Source: an uncultured Gemmatimonadales bacterium (GTDB lineage Bacteria; Gemmatimonadota; Gemmatimonadetes; Gemmatimonadales; GWC2-71-9). Taken from it: a stretch of DNA of 64,000 bases. A program made the position numbers and the translations under genes. Location of the stretch: assembly GCA_963717315.1 (NCBI GenBank), contig CAVQWA010000009.1:720-64719 (forward strand). Reading direction: 5' to 3'. Shown one piece after another: positions 29,048-36,884 of this stretch; the stretch's first letter is position 1, and every line of letters begins with the position of its first letter. Under the pieces are notes generated by a model. That model was not told the DNA's origin, did not search any database, and worked only from the letters and a program-made list of their open reading frames with translations.

Positions 29048-31942
29048 CTACATGCAAGAACTCGCAGCGGCGATGTCCCGCACCTCGGACGCCTGCCACA
29101 GCCCGTTGGGACCCGGGCAGGACGTGGCGGGCCAGAACCTGGTCTCGGCCACGGTACCCAAGGCGGTTGCCGGCCGCAGGTGAATCGTGCACTGCCCAGA
29201 GGGCTCCTCGATCACCGATGTCGCGACAATCCTCCCTTCATCGCCGTGGAACGGGCCACCGAGCCGGACGCCCGGGACCAGGACATCCTGGTGCGGCCCG
29301 GTGATGGTCAGGGTGGAGTCCGCGTTCACCGCCACCCGAAACTCGAGCAGGCGAGAACTCCACGGTCCGTTCGGAGCCCCGAGCCGCTCGAGCGCGACCA
29401 GCCGCGACCCGTCGGGGGAGAGGTCCCACGCCGGCGTGGAGATCGGGGTGAACCGGGAAGACGCACCGCTCCGGAGGTCGAAGATCAAGCCGCGGTAGAA
29501 GAGGTACCGCCCCTGGGGATGCAGGTGGACCTCATCCGGCCAGACGTACGCCGCCCCGCCGGTCGAGTCGGTCAGCAGCACGGAGGAGAGCAGGCCTCCG
29601 GTGGCCTGGGAGTACAGGTCGACGAAGTAGGCCGTGAGGGTCGGGCGCTGGAGGACGAAGACGTCGTCTCCGTCGAACCGCGCGGACTGGTTGTTCCAGG
29701 TCCGGAGCCGGGCCCCGAGCGGGTCAAACGTCGCAACGGAATGATCGCGACCATTCAGTGAATCCTCGTTCAGGTGGACCGAAAGCTGCCGCCCCCCAGG
29801 CGCCACGGAGATCCTGGCCGGGTACCACTGGGCGTGGGCAATAGGGGTGGTCCGCACGATCTCGAAATCCCGCAGCACGGAGAACGACACCGGGGGATTG
29901 GCGAGCACCTGCTGGCCGCAGAGGGGGCTGTCGCCCTGGTCCTGGGAAAGGAGCTGGAGGGCGCCGTAGGCATCAAGCTGGTACACCGGTTCCGGGAAAC
30001 CCTGCACCGGCGTGCGGGGCACGAGCAGCCCCGTCACCGAGTCCCGGATCGCGACCCGGCTCCCGCGCTCCAGGTAGTCCACCAGCTGGGCCGGTGAGAG
30101 TGACGGGTCCCGCGCCAGGAGCAGGGCCGCGGTCCCGGCGACCAGGGGCACCGCGAACGAGGTGCCGTTGCCGAATGCGAGCGTACCGTTGGTGGTTGCC
30201 GCCCAAACGTCCTCAGCAGGCGCCGCGATTGTGGTGTTACCGAGGTAGAAGCCAGAGCCTAAGCTAGGGCTTGTTCCCAGCCAGGCTGTGTTCCCAGGCT
30301 CGGTCCCGGCGACGAACAGGATGCGGTCGGCGAATCCCTGCGAACGAAGCTCCAGCAGCACCCGATCCATGGCAGCACTGCGGATCGGCTGCGTCTGGAG
30401 GTCCGCCAAGCTGCGATCTTGCCGCTCGTTGCCCGTGGTCTGGATCCACAGGAGGTCTGGAGTAGCCTCGAATAGCCGGCGGAGCCCAGTGCGGAGGTAA
30501 TCCACAACCGCGCTGTCGTTGCTCCACCCGATTCCGATCGTGCTCACCAGGACCCGCGGACCCTCGGCTGCGAGCAACGGGACGATGTAATTCACCAATG
30601 CGGTTCCGGCAGTTCCCGTCTCGACATAATTCCGAGCACCGAGCCCTACTGCGCGTACTCCGCCTCCCCAGACCATGCCGGCAATCCCAACTCCGTTATC
30701 AGCCCGCGAGCCCAGCAGCGAGCTGACCGCCGCAGCGTGACCGGCCCACGCCACGGAGTCCGCCGCGATATCGATCGTTCGCTGTGCACCCGACACTTCC
30801 TGCCCGGATGGAGGGAACGGGACTCTTGCGGCGGAGTAGCTGGCGAGGTCAGCCGGGACCGATCCCGAGGCCACCTCTGCTTCAAGCTGATAGACCAGGG
30901 GAGGGGTGGACCCGGAGTACCGGCCGTTCTCGCACCCCCAAGCCAGTGGGGCGCGAATCGCGAGCGCAGCCCACAAGCCAGGCGCTCGCTGAATCCACGA
31001 CTGCCTCGTGAACCCGCCGTCCGTGGGGTAACGCCCGTCCACTCTCCCCGGTCCTCCCCGGCGCGTCATAGGATATGCGACCTTCACGATTGGCTCGGCG
31101 TGAAGCGAATCCAGGAGGGCTTTCACATCGTTCCAAGTGGGGCCGGGGTCGGGGAACCGGAGGATGTAGAGTCCCACGAAATTGCTGCCTCCTGCAAGGC
31201 TGGCGTTGTACTTCTGTGCCAGCGCACGGAAGGCATCGCCGTCAGCCCCGGGATTCAAGCGCAGGCCGATCATCCGCCGGTAGTAGTCGTAACCCGGCGC
31301 AAGCGAATCCTCGATCACAAACAGGGATTCCGCGGCGAATGTCATCTGGTCGTGGATGATGGGCAGCGCCGAATCAGGCAGCTCCGCCCGGATCTCGAAC
31401 GAGATCCTGGCCGCGGTGGTCTTGTTGGGCACGATGAGTTGCAGCGTCCGGATCGGGGTCGAGTCGCCGGGGATCGTGCCCCCATTCTCGAGGAGGGTCC
31501 AGAATGCCGCACCGGCGTCCGCCCCACCGGCTCCCCCGACGCTGTCCGCGTTCGCTTCCACCACCCGTGCCGTGACGGTGCTCGGCGCCGTGACCACCCC
31601 CGAGTCCCTCGGCAGCACCACGAGGATCGGCGCGTCCCGCCCGCCCGGCCCCCGGTTCACCACCCGCACGGGGATGCTCACCTTCCGCTGGTTCTTGACG
31701 TACCCCACGGCCCCCGCGCCGACCAGCGCGAGCCCGGTGGCGCAGCCCGAGTCCGCGGCGAAACCGGCCGTGGCCGTGGTCCCCCCGACGATCTGCACGT
31801 GCACCCGGGTGCACGGGCCCGCCGAGCCGACGGCGAGCATCGGCGCGGGCCGCAGGGTGTCCTGCCGCGGGCCGATGGGATCGGGGCCGCTGCAGCTCAA
31901 CGACCCCAGCAGCGAAATGAAGCCGACGAGACAGGTGGTCAT
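29048..31942 (-). CDS. Subtilase (peptidase S8)-like lipoprotein, tandem copy 2 (divergent propeptide and protease core)
   Basis: Same architecture as copy 1. N-terminal ~226 aa and C-terminal ~370 aa are near-identical to copy 1. The central region is clearly diverged (AGHAAAVSSLLG, IQTTGNER, GTSFAVPLVAG). Confidence 0.9.
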   Translation of the reverse strand: MTTCLVGFISLLGSLSCSGPDPIGPRQDTLRPAPMLAVGSAGPCTRVHVQIVGGTTATAGFAADSGCATGLALVGAGAVGYVKNQRKVSIPVRVVNRGPGGRDAPILVVLPRDSGVVTAPSTVTARVVEANADSVGGAGGADAGAAFWTLLENGGTIPGDSTPIRTLQLIVPNKTTAARISFEIRAELPDSALPIIHDQMTFAAESLFVIEDSLAPGYDYYRRMIGLRLNPGADGDAFRALAQKYNASLAGGSNFVGLYILRFPDPGPTWNDVKALLDSLHAEPIVKVAYPMTRRGGPGRVDGRYPTDGGFTRQSWIQRAPGLWAALAIRAPLAWGCENGRYSGSTPPLVYQLEAEVASGSVPADLASYSAARVPFPPSGQEVSGAQRTIDIAADSVAWAGHAAAVSSLLGSRADNGVGIAGMVWGGGVRAVGLGARNYVETGTAGTALVNYIVPLLAAEGPRVLVSTIGIGWSNDSAVVDYLRTGLRRLFEATPDLLWIQTTGNERQDRSLADLQTQPIRSAAMDRVLLELRSQGFADRILFVAGTEPGNTAWLGTSPSLGSGFYLGNTTIAAPAEDVWAATTNGTLAFGNGTSFAVPLVAGTAALLLARDPSLSPAQLVDYLERGSRVAIRDSVTGLLVPRTPVQGFPEPVYQLDAYGALQLLSQDQGDSPLCGQQVLANPPVSFSVLRDFEIVRTTPIAHAQWYPARISVAPGGRQLSVHLNEDSLNGRDHSVATFDPLGARLRTWNNQSARFDGDDVFVLQRPTLTAYFVDLYSQATGGLLSSVLLTDSTGGAAYVWPDEVHLHPQGRYLFYRGLIFDLRSGASSRFTPISTPAWDLSPDGSRLVALERLGAPNGPWSSRLLEFRVAVNADSTLTITGPHQDVLVPGVRLGGPFHGDEGRIVATSVIEEPSGQCTIHLRPATALGTVAETRFWPATSCPGPNGLWQASEVRDIAAASSCM

Positions 31943-31981
31943 CAGCCCTCCAGTGGGGAGACGACGAGGGTGCCCGGCGTC

Positions 31982-34872
31982 CTACATGCAAGAACTCGCA
32001 GCTGCGATGTCCCGCACCTCGGACGCCTGCCACAGCCCGTTGGGCTCGGGACACGACGCAGCGGGCCAGAACCTGGTCTCGGCCGACGGTACCCAAGGCG
32101 GTTGCCGGCCGCAGGTGAATCGTGCACTGCCCAGAGGGCTCCTCGATCACCGATGTCGCGACAATCCTCCCTTCATCGCCGTGGAACGGGCCACCGAGCC
32201 GGACGCCCGGGACCAGGACATCCTGGTGCGGCCCGGTGATGGTCAGGGTGGAGTCCGCGTTCACCGCCACCCGAAACTCGAGCAGGCGAGAACTCCACGG
32301 TCCGTTCGGAGCCCCGAGCCGCTCGAGCGCGACCAGCCGCGACCCGTCGGGGGAGAGGTCCCACGCCGGCGTGGAGATCGGGGTGAACCGGGTGGACGCA
32401 CCGGTCCGCAGGTCGAAGAGCAGCCCGTGGTAGAAGAGGTACCGCCCCTGGGGATGCAGGTGGACGTCATCCGGCCAGACGTACGCCGCCCCGCCGGTCG
32501 AATCGGTCAGCAACACGGAGGAGAGCAGGCCCCCGGTGGCCTGGGAGTAGAGGTCAATGAAGTAGGCCGTGAGGGTCGGGCGCTGCAGGACGAAGACGTC
32601 GTCTCCGTCGAACCGCGCGGACTGGTTGTTCCAGGTCCGGAGCCGGGCCCCGAGCGGGTCAAACGTCGCAACGGAATGATCGCGACCATTCAGTGAATCC
32701 TCGTTCAGGTGGACCGAAAGCTGCCGCCCCCCAGGCGCCACGGAGATCCTGGCCGGGTACCACTGGGCGTGGGCAATAGGGGTGGTCCGCACGATCTCGA
32801 AATCCCGCAGCACGGAGAACGACACCGGGGGATTGGCGAGCACCTGCTGGCCGCAGAGGGGGCTGTCGCCCTGGTCCTGGGAAAGGAGCTGGAGGGCGCC
32901 GTAGGCATCAAGCTGGTACACCGGTTCCGGGAAACCCTGCACCGGCGTGCGGGGCACGAGCAGCCCCGTCACCGAGTCCCGGATCGCGACCCGGCTCCCG
33001 CGCTCCAGGTAGTCCACCAGCTGGGCCGGTGAGAGTGACGGGTCCCGCGGCCAGGAGCAGGGCCGCGGTCCCGGCGACCAACGGCGCTGCGAACGATGTG
33101 CCATTCCCAAAGGCGAGCGTCCCTGTGGTCGTGGCGGCCCATACCCCCTTGGCAGGAGCCGCAAGGCCCGTATGGCCCAGGTAGAATCCCGAACCCACAT
33201 TGCCATCGTCCCAGGCCACGTTGCCGGGCGACGTGCCCGCAACAAACAGGATGCGGTCGGCGTATCCCGCGGCGCGAAGCTCCAGCAGAGCGCGATCCAT
33301 GGCCGCACTGCGGATCGGCTGCGCCCGCAGGTTCGCCAGGCTCCGATTGAGCCGCTCATTGCCAGTTGTCTGAACCCAAAGCAAACCCGGGACGCTATCG
33401 AACAGTCTTGCGAGGCCCGCACGGAGGTATTCCACCGCGACCGTATCGTTGCTAAGACCGATCCCGATCGTGCTTACGACCACCCGGGGGGACTCGCCGG
33501 CCAATCGCGGGAGAATCCCGTTCACCAGTGCCGTCCCTGCCGTCCCGGTCTCGACATAGTTGCGGGCGCCGATGCCGAGTGCGCGCAACCGACCTCCCCA
33601 AACCATGCCGGCAATGCCCAGCATATTGTCTGCCCGGGAGCCCGCCAACGAAGCCACGGCCGCGGCATGGCCCACCCAGAAGAGTGAGTCGGCAGAGAGG
33701 CCGATCGTCCGTTGCTGGCTCGATACTTCCTGCCCCCCAGGCGGGAAGGGGACCCTTGCCGCAGAGTAATCCACCAGGTCCGGCGGGACGGCACTCGTGG
33801 GCACCTCGGCTTCGAGCAAGTGGATCGCGGGCGGAGCAGAACCTGGATACTGGCCGTTCTCGCACGCCCAAGCCTGCGGCGCACGGATCGCAGAGGGCGC
33901 CCAGAGTTCGGCGACGCCGTCGATCCAGGCCTGCCTCGTGAAGCCACCATCAGAGGGGAATCTCCCGTCCACCCTTCCCACCCCACCGCGACGCGTCATC
34001 GGACCTGCGACCCGCACAATGGGTTCACCATGGAGTGAATCGAGGAGGGCTTTGACGTCCGTCCAAGTGGGCCCCGGATCGGGGAACCTGAGGATGAAGA
34101 GGCGGGCGAACGAACTCCCACCGGCGAGGCTCGCACCGTACTTCTCCAGCAGTGCGCGGAAGGCAGTTCCGTCCGCCTCCGGCCGGAGCCAGATGCCGAT
34201 CATCCGCCGGTAGTAGTCGTAACCCGGCGCAAGCGAATCCTCGATCACAAACAGGGATTCCGCGGCGAATGTCATCTGGTCGTGGATGATGGGCAGCGCC
34301 GAATCAGGCAGCTCCGCCCGGATCTCGAACGAGATCCTTGCCGCGGTGGTCTTGTTGGGCACGATGAGTTGCAGCGTCCGGATCGGGGTCGAGTCGCCGG
34401 GGATCGTGCCCCCATTCTCGAGGAGAGTCCAGAATGCCGCACCGGCGTCCGCCCCACCGGCTCCCCCGACGCTGTCCGCATTCGATTCCACGACGCGTGC
34501 CGTGACGGTGCTCGGCGCCGTGACGACGCCCGAGTCCCTCGGCAGCACCACGAGGATCGGCGCGTCCCGCCCACCCGGCCCCCGGTTTGCTACTCGCACG
34601 GGGATGCTCACCTTCCGCTGGTTCTTGACGTACCCCACGGCCCCCGCGCCGACCAGCGCGAGCCCGGTGGCGCAGCCCGAGTCCGCCGCGAAACTGGCCT
34701 GGGCCGTGGTCCCCCCGACGATCTGCACGTGCACCCGGGTGCACGGGCCCGCCGAGCCGACGGCGAGCATCGGCGCGGGCCGCAGGGTGTCCTGCCGCGG
34801 GCCGATGGGATCGGGGCCGCTGCAGCTCAACGACCCCAGCAGCGACATGAAGCCGACGAGGCAGGTGGTCAT
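31982..34872 (-). pseudogene. Subtilase (peptidase S8)-like lipoprotein, tandem copy 3, interrupted by two single-base insertions
   Basis: The N-terminal 2/3 is in ORF 32908..34917 and the C-terminal 1/3 in the frame of ORF 31374..33422. There is an extra G at 33049/33050 (GGTCCCGCGGCCAGG against GGTCCCGCGCCAGG in copies 1 and 2). There is an extra base at ~32085 (GGCCGACGG against GGCCACGG or GGCGACGG). With both removed, the ORF ends ...ASSCM* at 31982. Confidence 0.75.
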
Positions 34873-35099
34873 CAGCCCTCCGGTCGGGAGACGGCGAGGG
34901 TGCCCGGCGTCCGACATGCAAGAACTCGCAGTCGTGGGTGGAAGGGAGGCGCAAACTGGCTCCCGGCCACGATAGCGGATTCAGGGGGGGCACAACCCAT
35001 CAAGCGTGACAGGGTCCGAATGGCGCCCGAAGCCGTCGCGGGTGGAGGCCTTCCCCGCCGCGAGTGGCAGGGGGAGCGGTCGGAGGGGGAAATGCGGCA

Positions 35100-35172
35100 T
35101 GGAGCGTACCGGGATCGAACCGGTGACCTCCTGGTTGCAAACCAGGCGCTCTCCCAGCTGAGCTAACGCCCC
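35100..35172 (-). tRNA. tRNA-Ala (anticodon TGC)
   Basis: Minus strand GGGGCGTTAGCTCAGCTGGGAGAGCGCCTGGTTTGCAACCAGGAGGTCACCGGTTCGATCCCGGTACGCTCCA. It folds as a cloverleaf with a 7-bp acceptor stem carrying the G3:U70 Ala identity pair, anticodon loop TTTGCAA and T-loop TTCGATC. CCA is not encoded. Confidence 0.95.
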
Positions 35173-35262
35173 GCAGTCCCGAATACTCGGCCCTCCCCGC
35201 CCCCGGAGTCAACCAATCGGCGCCCGGTGGCGCCTGCACGGCGAAGCAATGACCGCGCAGGG

Positions 35263-35446
35263 TTCACCGCAGGGGCGCAGAGGACGCAGGGGACCGCCGA
35301 CTTCGTCGGCCGTGTCCGATCGGGGTTGGCGTTTGCCTCCTCTACCTCCACGAGGCAGTCGGGGTGGGGTGGAGCTCAAGAAGTTGCCAAAGTGGCGTCC
35401 GGCGGATCCGGGTAGTTCCCTGCGCCCCCGGCGCCTCTGCGGTGAA
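35263..35446. repeat. ~184-bp intergenic segment bounded by 16-nt imperfect inverted repeats
   Basis: TTCACCGCAGGGGCGC (35263-35278) against the reverse complement of GCGCCTCTGCGGTGAA (35431-35446): 15 of 16 match. Further copies of the motif are at 35475-35494 and 58660-58678. Confidence 0.45.
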
Positions 35447-35681
35447 AGCAGTTCTCCGCGGCCCTCCGCGCCCCCTCCGCGCCTCCGCGGTGAACCGCCC
35501 GGCCGGCCTAACCGGAAGACCCGCTGTTGGTTGCCCGGTCATCCCCGATCGGCTGGCTCCCCATCCCCGTTGCCCAAAACCTTGTCCGGAAGGTACCAAC
35601 CCGGTACTTTTTGCACGCTTGTGCCGCGCACCCGCCACAGGGGGGTGCGCGCCTTCGTACCCCCCGTGCAGCCGAGGTCCC

Positions 35682-36884
35682 GTGGACGCCCAGACCCTCC
35701 AGCACATCGCCCTCTTCCAGAAGTGCCGCCAGTTCACGAGGGCGCGCGAGGCCCGCGCCGCGGGCCTGTATGCCTACTTCAAGCCCATCTCCGAGTCGGA
35801 GGACACGGTCGTCACGATCGAGGGCAAGAAGCGGATCATGCTGGGGTCGAACAACTACCTCGGGCTGACCCACCACCCGAAGGTGCTCGAGGCCGCCCAG
35901 CGCGCGCTGCTGCGCTACGGCTCCGGCTGCACCGGCAGTCGCTTCCTCAACGGCACCCTCGACCTCCACCTCCAGCTGGAGAACGACCTCGCCACCTTCC
36001 TCGGGAAGGAATCGTGCCTGGTCTTCTCCACCGGATACAATGCCAACCTCGGCCTGGTCTCCGGCCTCGTCGGCCGGAACGACCTGGTGCTGCTCGACAA
36101 GCTCGACCACGCCTCGATCGTGGACGGCGCGAAGCTCTCCTACGGCGAGACCGAGCGCTTCACCCACGGCGACCTCGCCGGCCTCGAGCGGAAGCTCCAG
36201 AAGGCCCAGGGCCGCGGCGTCCTGATCATCGTCGACGGCGTCTACTCGATGGAGGGCGACATCGCCGACGTGCCCGGGCTCACCCGGCTCGCGAAGCAGT
36301 ACGGCGCCGCCTTCGCCGTGGACGACGCCCACGCCCTCGGCGTCCTCGGCCCGAACGGCGACGGGACGGCCGCGCACTTCGGGATGACCGACGAGGTGGA
36401 CATCATCGCCGGCACCTTCTCCAAGTCGCTCGCCTCGATCGGCGGATTCGTCGCGGGCACCGAGAACGTCATCGACTTCCTCAAGCACCATGCTCGGCCC
36501 CTCATCTTCACCGCCTCGCTCCCGCCGGCCAACACCGCCGGCGTCCTCGCCACGCTGCAGGTGCTGCAGGACGAGCCGGAGCGCCGCGCCCGGCTGTGGG
36601 AGAATACCCGCCAGCTGGTGGAGGGCATCCGCGCCCTCGGTTACGACACCGGCCCGACCGAGACGCCGATCGTCCCGGTCATCATCGGGCCGCTCGAGCT
36701 GACGCTGGTATTCTGGCGCAAGCTCTTCGAGGCGGGCGTCTTCACCAATCCCGTGGTGCCCCCGGCGGTGCCGGCGGTGCAGTGCCGCCTCCGCACCAGC
36801 CTGATGGCCACCCACACGGCGGAGCAGATCGACTTCTGCCTCGAGGCGTTCGGCCGGATCGGCCGCGAACTGGGCGTCATCTGA
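35682..36884 (+). CDS. spt: PLP-dependent alpha-oxoamine synthase, serine palmitoyltransferase-like
   Basis: GTG 35682 preceded by GAGG. Blocks SNNYLGLTHHPKV, DDAHALGVLG and the PLP-lysine motif GTFSKSLASIGG. About 400 aa. Its gene neighbours favour Spt over BioF or Kbl. Confidence 0.75.
   Translation: MDAQTLQHIALFQKCRQFTRAREARAAGLYAYFKPISESEDTVVTIEGKKRIMLGSNNYLGLTHHPKVLEAAQRALLRYGSGCTGSRFLNGTLDLHLQLENDLATFLGKESCLVFSTGYNANLGLVSGLVGRNDLVLLDKLDHASIVDGAKLSYGETERFTHGDLAGLERKLQKAQGRGVLIIVDGVYSMEGDIADVPGLTRLAKQYGAAFAVDDAHALGVLGPNGDGTAAHFGMTDEVDIIAGTFSKSLASIGGFVAGTENVIDFLKHHARPLIFTASLPPANTAGVLATLQVLQDEPERRARLWENTRQLVEGIRALGYDTGPTETPIVPVIIGPLELTLVFWRKLFEAGVFTNPVVPPAVPAVQCRLRTSLMATHTAEQIDFCLEAFGRIGRELGVI

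Larger units (their letters stand above)
26137..34931. repeat. Tandem triplication, three ~2.93 kb units, each a 59-nt leader plus the subtilase gene
   Basis: Identical shadow-ORF translations recur at offsets of 2928-2935 nt (copy 1 to 2, copy 2 to 3) and 5863-5864 nt (copy 1 to 3). Homology ends at ...AACTCGCAG (34931) on the right and begins at AGCGGCGATG (26137) on the left. Confidence 0.9.

Noticed and set aside
26091-34931. CRISPR array or diversity-generating retroelement as the explanation for the periodic identical segments
   Set aside because: The repeat unit is ~2.93 kb of protein-coding sequence, not 25-50 bp repeats with spacers. No cas genes and no reverse transcriptase are present. 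Inter-copy differences are not adenine-specific. The pattern fits tandem gene duplication with gene conversion.
26091-35172. Intact integrative element or prophage at tRNA-Ala
   Set aside because: No integrase, excisionase, phage or conjugation genes lie between the tRNA and the tRNA-like relic. At most this is a remnant island, so it is reported only as an architecture worth checking.
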